Source: Pikeienuella sp.
Lineage (GTDB): Bacteria > Pseudomonadota > Alphaproteobacteria > Rhodobacterales > Rhodobacteraceae
Length of the DNA stretch: 64,000 nucleotides
NCBI RefSeq assembly: GCF_046290545.1
Contig: NZ_JBKAGV010000005.1
Location: 109,766 to 173,765 of the forward strand
Direction of reading: 5' to 3'
The notes under the pieces were generated by a model. That model did no database searches. It was not told the DNA's origin and saw only the letters and a list, made by a program, of their open reading frames with translations. This document shows positions 8,842 to 17,857 of the stretch, one piece after another (position 1 is the first letter of the stretch; every line of letters begins with the position of its first letter). Both the position numbers and the translations under genes were made by a program.

Positions 8842-10104
8842 TCAGAGCCCGCCCGCGTCCAGCACGTCTGCGAAGCCTTCCGCCTCGATCTGCCCCTCTC
8901 CGGGCCGGTTGCGCACGGCGGCGAGGCTGGCGAGGCCCGTCGCCTCCGCCGCCGCCATCAGCGCGGCGTGGGCGCGCGGCGCGTGAACGCCGTGGACGAG
9001 CCAGATGAGGTAGAGCACGGCGAAGCCGTAATTGGCCCATGCGGCGACAAGGAACAGCGCCTGGCCCGCCAGCGTCTCGAACCGCGCGAAGAGCGAGAGG
9101 TCGAGGCTGAGCGGCACCTCCGCCGCATCGCCCCCTTCCGCCATCACGGCGAGGTTCAGCGCCGTGGCGGCGAGGCTGACGAGGAAGAGCGCGAGGAAGG
9201 GCAGGGCGAGGAGCCCGCGCCCGACCGTCGCCCACGCCGCGCGGCGGAGCGCCGCGCCATCAAGCCGGCAGGTGATGCGGAGGCCGGCGACCCGCCGCGC
9301 CTCCATGAAGGCGTTGAGCTCCGCCGCCCGGTACCCGCACCAGAGCGCGTAGAGTAAGGCGGCGGCGAGCGCGGCGGCGAGCGGATAGAGCACGCGCATC
9401 ATGTCGAGCCGCGTCTCGCCCCAGGCGACGACGAAGCCGAAATTGCGGATCAACGCGAGAAAGGCGAAGGCGGCGAGCGCGCCGAACCACACCATCGCCC
9501 ACGGGCGGAAAAGGGGCGCGGCCCGCCCTTCGAACCGGAACGGCGCGTCGCCATAGCGCATCCGCTCCGTCATCCGCCGCTCCCGCGCCATCCGGAGCCA
9601 GGGGCGGGAGAGGCCGAGCGTCAGGACCATGAGCAGCGCATGGCGCGCCCAGAGCAGCACGAACCCGCCCGCGCCCCGCTCCATCCCGAAGCGCACGCCG
9701 CGCCAGCGGGTGCGGAGCAGCCGGTAGCGCCGCGCCCGGTATTTCGCGAATTCCAGCACCGGCAGCACGGCGAGCGCCGTGAGCCCGACCGCCGCGGGCG
9801 GAGAGACCGCGCCGAAGAGCCGGAGCGAGAGCCAGGAGAGCGCGAGGTTGAAGCCGAGAATCGCAAGGCCGAGCAGGATCACGACCATCACGGAGCCGCG
9901 CAGCATCTCCCCCGCCGTTCCGTCATATTCGAACGGGTCGCCGCCGAGCGTCGTCCGCCCCCAGAAGAGCCGGCGCTGCGCCGTCTTGAACCAGAAGCGC
10001 CCGAGCCCGAAGGTGAATGCGGAAAGCGCGCCCCAGCGCAGCGTCACGCGCGTGACCTCGCCCGCGTCGGGCGAGAAGGCGAACCGGGCCGTATCGTTCT
10101 CCAT
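8842..10104 (-). CDS. DUF898/YjgN family membrane protein
   Basis: TFGLGRFWFK, FEYDGTAGE, RTRWRGVRF and TLGLSRPW repeated pattern. Confidence 0.82.
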   Translation of the reverse strand: MENDTARFAFSPDAGEVTRVTLRWGALSAFTFGLGRFWFKTAQRRLFWGRTTLGGDPFEYDGTAGEMLRGSVMVVILLGLAILGFNLALSWLSLRLFGAVSPPAAVGLTALAVLPVLEFAKYRARRYRLLRTRWRGVRFGMERGAGGFVLLWARHALLMVLTLGLSRPWLRMARERRMTERMRYGDAPFRFEGRAAPLFRPWAMVWFGALAAFAFLALIRNFGFVVAWGETRLDMMRVLYPLAAALAAALLYALWCGYRAAELNAFMEARRVAGLRITCRLDGAALRRAAWATVGRGLLALPFLALFLVSLAATALNLAVMAEGGDAAEVPLSLDLSLFARFETLAGQALFLVAAWANYGFAVLYLIWLVHGVHAPRAHAALMAAAEATGLASLAAVRNRPGEGQIEAEGFADVLDAGGL

Positions 10105-10162
10105 GCGCTTTCCGCTCCTCCGCCCCACCTAAGCCCGTAGGGCGGGGGAGGGAAAGGGCGCC

Positions 10163-11110
10163 TCACGCTCCGCGCGTCGCCGCGCCGATCCGGGCGATGA
10201 GCGCTGCGGCGACCTCGCGCGCCGTCTCCGCGATCTCCTCATAGGCCGGGGCGCGCCCGGCGCTCTTGCGCCAGACGAGGCCGATCGTGCGATAGGGCGC
10301 GCCGAAGGCGAAGCGGCGCACGACGACCTCGCTCCCTTCCCGGATCTCGGAATGGGCGTAGAGCGCGGGCAGGATCGTGACGCCCATCCCCATCCCCGCC
10401 ATCTGGCGGAGCGCGTCGAGGCTCGTGCCCTCATAGTCGCGGTTCAGCCGCGCGCCGTGGGCGCGCGCCAGCGCCTCGATCTGGTCATGGAGGTGAAAGG
10501 CGGGGGAGAGGGAGAGAACCTCGAGCCCGGCCAGATCCTCCGAGGCGATGCGCCGCTTCGCCGCCAGCGGGTGATCGGCCGCGACGGCGAGATAGAGCGG
10601 CTCGCGGAAGAGCGGCCGCGCCTCCAGCTCCGCCCCCGCGGCGGGAAGCTGGGCGAGGATCACGTCGTGCACGCCCTCCGCCAGCTCCCGCTCCAGCACG
10701 CGGGGCGGCGCCTCCCGGATATAGAGCTTCAGCGCGCGGCGCTTCGCATGGAGCGCCGCGACGACATGAGGCAGGAGATAGGGGCCGAGCGTCGGCTTTG
10801 CGCCGAGGCGGATCGCGCCCACCGGCCCCTCCCGCGCCGCGGCGGCGAGGTCCGCCACGCCCTGCGCGGCCTCCAGCGCGATGCGGGCGCGGGCGACGAC
10901 CTCCCGCCCCACCGGCGTCAGCGTCGCCCCCGCGCCGCCGCGCTCCACGAGCCGGACGCCGAGCGCCTCCTCCAGCGCCTCGATCTGCGCGCTGAGCGAA
11001 GGCTGGCTGACGCCGCAGCGCTCCGCCGCGCGGCGGAAATGCCCGGTTTCCGCCAGCGCGACGAGGCGGCGGAGCTGTTTCAGCGTGATCTTCCCGGCGT
11101 CCATCCCCAT
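10163..11110 (-). CDS. LysR-family regulator, OxyR-like but lacking the redox cysteines
   Basis: HTH HFRRAAERCGVSQPSLSAQI; PTLGPYLLP and GTSLDALRQM resemble OxyR; AFHLHDQ stands in place of GHCLRDQ. Confidence 0.88.
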   Translation of the reverse strand: MGMDAGKITLKQLRRLVALAETGHFRRAAERCGVSQPSLSAQIEALEEALGVRLVERGGAGATLTPVGREVVARARIALEAAQGVADLAAAAREGPVGAIRLGAKPTLGPYLLPHVVAALHAKRRALKLYIREAPPRVLERELAEGVHDVILAQLPAAGAELEARPLFREPLYLAVAADHPLAAKRRIASEDLAGLEVLSLSPAFHLHDQIEALARAHGARLNRDYEGTSLDALRQMAGMGMGVTILPALYAHSEIREGSEVVVRRFAFGAPYRTIGLVWRKSAGRAPAYEEIAETAREVAAALIARIGAATRGA

Positions 11111-11132
11111 CCCCCCGGCCGTCTCCGAGGGA

Positions 11133-11149
11133 GATAGGATTTTCCTATC
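11133..11149. promoter_or_regulatory. Palindromic LysR/OxyR-type operator (GATAGGA-TTT-TCCTATC; ATAG-N7-CTAT)
   Basis: Perfect 7-bp inverted repeat between the LysR start and the divergent small genes; fits T-N11-A. Confidence 0.8.
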
Positions 11150-11231
11150 AGGATTTCATCTCCGATCATGTTTTTCGCGCGCGACCGGCGCCCATATTCC
11201 TAGGGTCCGACAAAGAACAGGAGGTTCCGCC

Positions 11232-11450
11232 ATGACCCCGCATGACGATGACGATCCGACCCCGCCGCGCGTCGGCGCACTGCGCGCCCGCCGCGCCCGC
11301 ATCGATGCGGAGATCGCGGCGGAAGTTCGACGCCCGGCGCCGGACGCGCTCCGGCTCCAGGAGTTGAAGCGGCGTCGGCTGAAGGCGAAGGACGAGATGG
11401 CGGGCGTTTTCCGCACCCTTTCCCGCCCCGATCAGCTGCCCGCGGCGTGA
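11232..11450 (+). CDS. DUF465/YdcH family small coiled-coil protein
   Basis: GGAGG RBS; LRARRARIDAEIAAEVRRPAPDALRLQELKRRRLKAKDEM. Confidence 0.82.
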   Translation: MTPHDDDDPTPPRVGALRARRARIDAEIAAEVRRPAPDALRLQELKRRRLKAKDEMAGVFRTLSRPDQLPAA

Positions 11451-11461
11451 AGGGGGCGGCG

Positions 11462-11626
11462 ATGACCTTCAGCTTCTTCGGTTACGTCCCCCCGCTCGCT
11501 CCCGCGCGTGAGGCTTCCCGCCTCACGGGTTCGGGCGCGGGCGTCGACGAATGGATGGCGGAGCACGGGCTCCGCGCCAAGACGCGCGAACGCGAGGCGG
11601 AGGCCCCCCGCGCCGAAGCCGCGTGA
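11462..11626 (+). CDS. 54-aa hypothetical protein (not in ORF track)
   Basis: AAGGGG RBS 11 nt after the DUF465 stop; MTFSFFGYVPPLAPAREASRLTGSGAGVDEWMAEHGLRAKTREREAEAPRAEAA; GC-rich third codon positions. Confidence 0.55.
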   Translation: MTFSFFGYVPPLAPAREASRLTGSGAGVDEWMAEHGLRAKTREREAEAPRAEAA

Positions 11627-11662
11627 GCGCAGGGTCGCCGGCCGTCCCCTCCGGTCGGCGAC

Positions 11663-13015
11663 CTACCTTCCGAGCGGGTCCCTGAGGCCGCCCATGAGCT
11701 TGGGGTCGAACGGGCAGCGGGTGAGGTTCTCCACCCCCGCCTCCGTGATCATCACCTGATCCTCCAGCTTGATCCCGAAGCCGCCGCCGACGCGGCCGAG
11801 ATAGCTTTCGGAACAGAGGAACATCCCCGGCTCCAGCGGCGAGTCGAATTCGCCGTCCACCCAGAGATCGGGATACTTCACCAGCGGCCACTCGTCGCAA
11901 AGCCCGACGCCATGCATGACGCAGCCGTATTTCAGCGCCTGGAATTCCGGCGGCATCGGCCGCGTCGCCATCGAGACCTCGCGGAGCGTCATGCCCGGCT
12001 TCAGCAGGGACCAGTTCTCCCAGACCTGCATCCACGCTTCCTGGTGCGTCTCCACCATTTCGCGCGTCGGCTCCGCGTCCCCCACGATCCAGGTGCGGGA
12101 AATGTCCACGCACATGCCGTAGCAGCCGATGAGGTCGGTGTCCCAGGCGAGGATGTCTCCCTCCGCGATCACGCGCGGCCCGCATTCCTGGAACCAGGGG
12201 TTCGTCCGCGGGCCGGAGGACAGGAGCCGCGTCTCGATCCATTCGCCGCCGCGGCGGATGTTCTCCGCATGGAGCACGGCCCAGACGTCATTCTCCGTCA
12301 TGCCGGGCCGCATCGCGCGGCGCATCTCCGCCAGCGCCTGCTCGCAGGCGTGCTGGGCGCAGCGGAGCGCGGCGATCTCGTCCGGCCCCTTCACCGCGCG
12401 GGTCTTCTCCATCACTTCCTCGCCGTCCGACAGCCCGATGCCGCACGCGGCGAGGGCGGCGTGGCCGACCGGCATCATCTTGTCCACGGCGAGGCGGCGG
12501 CCGCGGCCGCATTCCCGCGCCATGATCCCTTCCACCGCCTTCGCGAAGTCGGCGGCGACCTCGGGCGTCCTGTCCCCGTAGTTGAAGTAGAAGAGGCCGG
12601 CGCCGTTCAGGATCTCCTTCACGAGCGGATTATGCGCCGCGAGATGGTCGAGCCCCTTGTATTCCCAGAGCGCGACATGGCCGGAGGCCGTGACCATACA
12701 GGCGCGGAACGGGTTGTGCGTGTTCCAGAGCTGCATGTTCGGCGCATCCGTGGCGTAGCGGATGTTGAGCGGGTCGGTCAGCAGAACCGCGTCGAGCCCC
12801 CGCGCCTCCAGCGCCGCGACGATCCGGTCGCGCCGGTGGAGCCGCATCCGCGGCAGGTCGGGGCATTCGATCCCCGCCGCCGCCCATTCGACATAGGCGA
12901 GCTTCGTCGGCCCGATCTCCACCCGGTCGTTGTCATCCGGCGTCATGTCGGGCCTGAGCCCGGGCGTGATTTTCCGCCGTTCGGCGAAGTGGCTTTCGGT
13001 GATGTGGCGGTTCAT
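11663..13015 (-). CDS. dddP: Dimethylsulfoniopropionate lyase DddP (M24 peptidase fold)
   Basis: EIGPT..A..EW..AG, DPLNIRYATD..NMQLWNTHNPFRA, GGEWIETRLLSSGPRTNPWFQECG and HGVGLCDEWP match roseobacter DddP as I recall it. Confidence 0.9.
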   Translation of the reverse strand: MNRHITESHFAERRKITPGLRPDMTPDDNDRVEIGPTKLAYVEWAAAGIECPDLPRMRLHRRDRIVAALEARGLDAVLLTDPLNIRYATDAPNMQLWNTHNPFRACMVTASGHVALWEYKGLDHLAAHNPLVKEILNGAGLFYFNYGDRTPEVAADFAKAVEGIMARECGRGRRLAVDKMMPVGHAALAACGIGLSDGEEVMEKTRAVKGPDEIAALRCAQHACEQALAEMRRAMRPGMTENDVWAVLHAENIRRGGEWIETRLLSSGPRTNPWFQECGPRVIAEGDILAWDTDLIGCYGMCVDISRTWIVGDAEPTREMVETHQEAWMQVWENWSLLKPGMTLREVSMATRPMPPEFQALKYGCVMHGVGLCDEWPLVKYPDLWVDGEFDSPLEPGMFLCSESYLGRVGGGFGIKLEDQVMITEAGVENLTRCPFDPKLMGGLRDPLGR

Positions 13016-13117
13016 CGGGGGCGCTCCGGCGGGTGACGCGAAAGTGAGCGCGAGAAAGCGGCGGCGCGCTCGCCCGATTGCGGCGAAGGATTGTCGCGAA
13101 CGGTCCGGCCCGTGCGG

Positions 13118-14782
13118 TCAGGCTTCTCCGGTCCTGCCTTCGAGCAGCGCCATCGCCGCCCGTTCCGCCGCGTCTGCAAACGGCTCCAGCACGAGGTCGG
13201 CTCCGATCTCCGCAAGCCTCCTCGATTCTTCCCGGTCATGCGAGGTAACGGCCAGGAGGCCGCCGAAGCCCGCGCCGCGGGCGATCTGGATCAAGGTCCG
13301 CCGCGCATCCTCATGCGTGAGCGCGGCAGGCAGAAGCGGAATGCTGGAGACGATCCAGCGCGCCCGCCCGAGCGGCAGGGACGCGACGAACTCGGCGTCG
13401 TTCGCATCGCCGAACTCGGCGCGAAGGCCGAGCGCGCGCCAGCGGCGCACGGCCGCCGGGTTCACGTCGACCCCGAGCACGGCCAGCCCCTCCGCCTTGA
13501 GCCGGAGGCCGAGCTCCGCGCCGAAACGCCCCAGCCCGAAGATGATGATCTCCGGCGGCGCTTCGCCCTCATCGTCCGCGCCCGCTTCCTCCGCGAAGGC
13601 GCGCCTGCGCTCGAACACCCCGAGGAAGGGCGCGAAGATCCTGTAGAGCTGATGCGAATAGGTGATCATGTAGGTCGAGGCGGCGATGGTCACGAGGCCG
13701 ACGAGCGTGACGAGGCCGAGCGCCCCGTCGCCGACATGGCCGAGGCTGACCCCCATCGCCACGAAGATGAGCGAGAACTCGCTGATCTGCGCCACAGTCA
13801 AGCCCGCCAGGAACCCGGTTTCCTTCCGGTAGCCGAGGGAGCCCATGATCACGAGGACGATGAGCGGGTTGCCGACCAGAACAAAGACGGAGAAGACCAG
13901 CGCTGTGAAAAGCTCCTCGCCGAGCCGCGCGAGATCGAGCCCGGCCCCGAGCGCGATGAAGAAGAAGAGAAGGAGGAAATCCCTCAACGGGCCTAGCCGC
14001 GCGGAGATCGTCTCCCGATAGGGCGTCGAGGCGAGGGCGACGCCGGCGAGCAGGCCGCCAACCTCCTTGCCGAGCCCGGCGGCTTCTCCGGTCGCCGCGA
14101 AGGCGGCGGCGAGGGCGACGGCGAAGGTCACGAGAAGCTCCGGCGCCCGCGCCAGCTTCTCGGTCAGCGGATCGGCCACGTAGCGGATGAAGAGGACCAC
14201 CGCGCCCACGAGCGCGAGCCCGGAGGCGAGCACGCCGACGATCCGCATCGCCGTCTCCTCGTCCTCGCCGCCGATGCCGATCGCGGAGAGCGCGATCATG
14301 GCGACGACCACGAAAAGATCCTGCACGATGAGGAAGCCGAGCGCGATCCGGCCGTGCAGCGTTTCGAGCTCCCGCTTGTCGGACAGCAGCTTGACGATGA
14401 TGATCGTGCTCGAAAACGTCAGTGCGACGGCGACGTAGAGGCTCTCTACCGCATCGAGGCCGAGGGCGAGGCCGATCAGGAAGCCGAAGATCGAGGTGAA
14501 GAGCACCTGCCCGAGGCCGGTCGTCACCGCAACGGCGCCGAGCGAGCGGATCAGCTTCAGGTCGAGCTTGATGCCGACGAGAAAAAGCAGCACCGCCACG
14601 CCGAGTTCCGCCAGAAGCTCGATCGCCTCGCCGGAATGGACGATGTCGAGCGCCGAGGGCCCCGCCATCAGGCCGACGGCGATGAAGCTGACGATCAGCG
14701 GCTGCCGGAGCAACAGCCCGACGGCGCCGAGCGCGGCGGCGAGCGCGAGCAGCGCCGCGACTTCCGCGAAAGTCGATTGCAT
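13118..14782 (-). CDS. CPA2 cation:proton antiporter with C-terminal TrkA-N (RCK) domain
   Basis: ELGVAVLLFLVGIKLD, FSSTIIIVKLLSDK, LIVQD and AQISEFS; cytoplasmic IFGLGRFG. Confidence 0.88.
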   Translation of the reverse strand: MQSTFAEVAALLALAAALGAVGLLLRQPLIVSFIAVGLMAGPSALDIVHSGEAIELLAELGVAVLLFLVGIKLDLKLIRSLGAVAVTTGLGQVLFTSIFGFLIGLALGLDAVESLYVAVALTFSSTIIIVKLLSDKRELETLHGRIALGFLIVQDLFVVVAMIALSAIGIGGEDEETAMRIVGVLASGLALVGAVVLFIRYVADPLTEKLARAPELLVTFAVALAAAFAATGEAAGLGKEVGGLLAGVALASTPYRETISARLGPLRDFLLLFFFIALGAGLDLARLGEELFTALVFSVFVLVGNPLIVLVIMGSLGYRKETGFLAGLTVAQISEFSLIFVAMGVSLGHVGDGALGLVTLVGLVTIAASTYMITYSHQLYRIFAPFLGVFERRRAFAEEAGADDEGEAPPEIIIFGLGRFGAELGLRLKAEGLAVLGVDVNPAAVRRWRALGLRAEFGDANDAEFVASLPLGRARWIVSSIPLLPAALTHEDARRTLIQIARGAGFGGLLAVTSHDREESRRLAEIGADLVLEPFADAAERAAMALLEGRTGEA

Positions 14783-14903
14783 CGTGACGTCCATCGCCGC
14801 TCCGCATTCCGTTCCAGCAGGATAGCGGCGCCCGGCCGGCCGCGCCACTGCGCGGTCTTGATCGCCGCCGCAACATCGCCATTCTCTTTCGAGGGAGTGC
14901 GTG

Positions 14904-15755
14904 ATGGCCTTGTCCTCGATCCTCGCGGCGACGGACTTTTCCGCCCGTTCGGAGCGGTCGGTCGCGCGCGCAGCGCGCCTCGCCGCCGCTCACGGCGCAG
15001 CGCTCATCCTCGTGCATGTCATGGATGACGACCGTTCGCCCGCGCTCGTCGGCGCCGAGCGCGCGGTGGCGGAGGCGCTCCTTCAGAAGGCTGCGGCGAG
15101 CCTTGCCCCGGCGCCGTCCGACGTTCTGCTGCTTTCCGGAGATCCGTTCCAGGAGATCGCCGCGGCGACGGAGCGGGGCGCCCCCGATCTCCTCGTGGTC
15201 GGGGCGCACCGCCCGCGACCGATCGGCGACTACTTCATCGGGACGACTGCGGAGCGGGTCATCCGCGCGAGCCGGCGGCCCGTTCTGATGGCCAAGGGGC
15301 CAGCGGACGGAGCCTATCGCCGCGTGCTTGTCGCCGTGGATTTCTCCGCCGCGTCGGCGACGGCCGCCCGCGCCCTCGCCGCGCTCGAACTGGCGGGGGA
15401 GGCGGAGGTCGTGCTCGTGCATGTGCGAAAAAGCGCGGCGGACACGCTCTTTCTTCGCGGCGGAATGACGATCGCGGAGCGGGAACGGTCCCTCGCCGAA
15501 ATCTCTGCGCGGCTATCCGAACGCCTCGCCGCCTTCGCCGCCCATGCGGGGCTTCGCGCCTCGCGCCGCATCGTCGCTTCGGGGGACGAGGGCGACGCCG
15601 GCGCCATCCTCGCGACGGCCGAGGCCGTCGGCGCCGATCTCGTCGTGATCGGCACGCGCGGGCGGAGCCGCGGCCGCGCGATCCTGCTCGGTGGCGTGGC
15701 CGAGGCGGTGCTCCGCGATTCGGCGATCGACGTTCTTGCAGTCCCCATGCGCTGA
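14904..15755 (+). CDS. Universal stress protein (tandem USP domains)
   Basis: ILAATDFS, DLLVVGAH, GTTAERVIR, VAVDFS, DLVVIGTRG and LGGVAEAVLR. Confidence 0.9.
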   Translation: MALSSILAATDFSARSERSVARAARLAAAHGAALILVHVMDDDRSPALVGAERAVAEALLQKAAASLAPAPSDVLLLSGDPFQEIAAATERGAPDLLVVGAHRPRPIGDYFIGTTAERVIRASRRPVLMAKGPADGAYRRVLVAVDFSAASATAARALAALELAGEAEVVLVHVRKSAADTLFLRGGMTIAERERSLAEISARLSERLAAFAAHAGLRASRRIVASGDEGDAGAILATAEAVGADLVVIGTRGRSRGRAILLGGVAEAVLRDSAIDVLAVPMR

Positions 15756-15804
15756 GGCGCGTGCGCATATGGCGCGTTCCGCGTCTCCGCGCTATTCCGG
15801 AGGC

Positions 15805-17004
15805 ATGGACGCGGTGGCCCGACAATACGAAGCCTATCCCTATCCCGCCCGCGACCCGGCGGAGGAGGGGAAGCGCCTCATCGTCGGCTCCCCTTCCGAC
15901 CCGCCGGAAATCGACCATTTCCTCTTCGGCGGCAGGCGGGACTGGCGGAAGCCCTTCCGCGCCCTCGTCGCCGGCGGGGGGACGGGTGACGCGACGGTGA
16001 TGCTCGCGCAGAAGCTCGCCGATGCGGGCGCGGCGGCGGAGATCGTCTATCTCGACATGTCGGCGGCGAGCCGGAAGGTGGCCGAGGCGCGGGCGGCGGC
16101 GCGCGGGCTCTCCTCCATCCGCTTCGTGACGGCGGACCTCCTGACCGCGCCGGAGCTCGGGCCCTTCGACTATGTCGACTGCACGGGCGTGCTTCATCAC
16201 CTGCCGAACCCGCAGGCGGGGTTCGACGCGCTCTCTGCGGCGCTCGCAGAGGGCGGCGGGATGGGTGGCATGGTCTACGCCCCCTACGGGCGCACCGGCG
16301 TCTATCCGCTCCAGGCCGCGCTCGCGGCGCTGACGGAGGGCGAGGCGCCGGAGGCGCAGGTGGAGATCGCGAAGCGGGCGCTGGCCGGGCTGCCGAAGAC
16401 GAACTGGTTCCTCGCCAACCCGCATCTTTCCGACCACCGGGCGAGCGACGCCGGGCTTTATGACCTGCTTTTGCACGCGCGGGACGTTCCCTTCGACGTT
16501 CCCGCCCTGCTCGGGGCGCTGGCGCGGGCGGGCCTCGCCTTCGTCTCCTTCATCGAGCCGCTGCGCTATGACCCGGCGCGCTACCTGCCGGAGAGCCTCC
16601 AGGCCCGCGCCGTCGCGCTTGACCCGCCCGCCCGGATGGCGCTGGCGGAGAGATTGGCGGGAAACATGAAAACGCATGTGTTCTACGCGGCGAAGGGCGC
16701 GCGGAAACCCGCCGCTCCCTCGCCCGAGGCCCGGCCGCGGCTCAACGGCCTCTCCGCCGCCGCGCTCGCCGCCGAGATCGGGCGGAAGGGCGCGCTCCGC
16801 CTCACGTCGGACGGCCTGAGCCACCGGCTCGACATCCCGCGCGAGGCGGCGCCGGCGCTCGTGCTGGCGGACGGGCGGCTGCGGCTCGGCGAGATTGCGA
16901 GGCGGCTGGGGAAGGATTGGTTCGCCTTCGCGGCGCTCTGGGCGCCGGCCCATGCGGCGCTCACCGGATTCAACCTGCTGCGCTATTCGGAAGGAACGCG
17001 ATGA
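15805..17004 (+). CDS. Class I SAM-dependent methyltransferase
   Basis: GGAGG RBS; QYEAYPYP, LVAGGGTG, YLDMS, DCTGVLHHLP and DLLLHARD. Confidence 0.85.
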   Translation: MDAVARQYEAYPYPARDPAEEGKRLIVGSPSDPPEIDHFLFGGRRDWRKPFRALVAGGGTGDATVMLAQKLADAGAAAEIVYLDMSAASRKVAEARAAARGLSSIRFVTADLLTAPELGPFDYVDCTGVLHHLPNPQAGFDALSAALAEGGGMGGMVYAPYGRTGVYPLQAALAALTEGEAPEAQVEIAKRALAGLPKTNWFLANPHLSDHRASDAGLYDLLLHARDVPFDVPALLGALARAGLAFVSFIEPLRYDPARYLPESLQARAVALDPPARMALAERLAGNMKTHVFYAAKGARKPAAPSPEARPRLNGLSAAALAAEIGRKGALRLTSDGLSHRLDIPREAAPALVLADGRLRLGEIARRLGKDWFAFAALWAPAHAALTGFNLLRYSEGTR

Positions 17005-17852
17005 TGGAGCTCGGCTACGCCCCGCTGACGCCATGGATCCCCGGCCGCCTCCCCGGCATGTCCCCGCTCGCGATGGAGGGCTGGCTGCACCGGGACGAGG
17101 CCTTCGAGGAGCAGATGGCCTATCGCGACCGGCTGATCGCGGAGCGGGGGGAGATCGTGCTGGCGGGCGAGGGATGCGACGGGGCGGAGGAATTGCTCGA
17201 CCTCGTGCTCGCCACGCTCGCGGTGCATGACCGGGATTACGATGTGGGCGACGACGCGGCGCGCCGGCCCGACGGCGAGACTGTCGCGCTCGACCGGTCG
17301 CGGCCGCTCGCCACGCTGGGGCGGCTGGCGCAGGAGGATTTCGTGATCCTCCGGAAGGGGCCGGAGGATGCGGAGCATGTTCTCATCGGCGCCATCCTCT
17401 GCTTCCCCTCGCGCTGGTCGCTGGCGGAGAAGTTCGGCCGCCCGCTCGTCGCGATCCATGAGCGCGTGCCGGTCTATGACGAGGGGCTTGCGCCGCGGGT
17501 GCAGCGCCTCTTCGACGTGCTGACGCCGGACCGGCCGCTGGTTCGCGCCAACTGGCTGCTTCATCCGACGCCCGAGCTTCACCAGCCCAAGCTCTTCGAG
17601 GGAAACAAGAAGCCGCATGACCCGACAGGGCGGTTCTGGCTCCGGGTCGAGCGGCAGTCGATCCTCAAGCTGCGCTCTTCGGGCCATGCGGTCTTTTCGA
17701 TCAAGACCCTGGTGACGTCGGTTGAGGCGCTGGCTGAGGATCAGCGCGAAAGCCTGATCGCCGCGCTGGAGGAGAAGCCGAAGGCGATGCAGGATTATCA
17801 CGGCGGCGCCGCCTTCACGCAGCTTGCGCTGGCGGCGCTCCGGGCGCTCTAG
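17001..17852 (+). CDS. DUF3445 / heme-dependent oxidative N-demethylase alpha-subunit family protein
   Basis: AQEDF, LCFPSRWSLAEK, IHERVP, RANW and LRVERQS; ATGA overlap with the methyltransferase. Confidence 0.82.
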   Translation: MMELGYAPLTPWIPGRLPGMSPLAMEGWLHRDEAFEEQMAYRDRLIAERGEIVLAGEGCDGAEELLDLVLATLAVHDRDYDVGDDAARRPDGETVALDRSRPLATLGRLAQEDFVILRKGPEDAEHVLIGAILCFPSRWSLAEKFGRPLVAIHERVPVYDEGLAPRVQRLFDVLTPDRPLVRANWLLHPTPELHQPKLFEGNKKPHDPTGRFWLRVERQSILKLRSSGHAVFSIKTLVTSVEALAEDQRESLIAALEEKPKAMQDYHGGAAFTQLALAALRAL

Positions 17853-17857
17853 GCGCG

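Noticed and set aside
10163-11110. Calling the LysR gene oxyR
   Set aside because: It lacks both redox cysteines and has no adjacent katG, ahpC or dps gene
14855-14872. FNR/FnrL box upstream of the USP gene (TTGATCGCCGCCGCAA)
   Set aside because: Spacing does not fit TTGAT-N4-ATCAA; only one half-site matches
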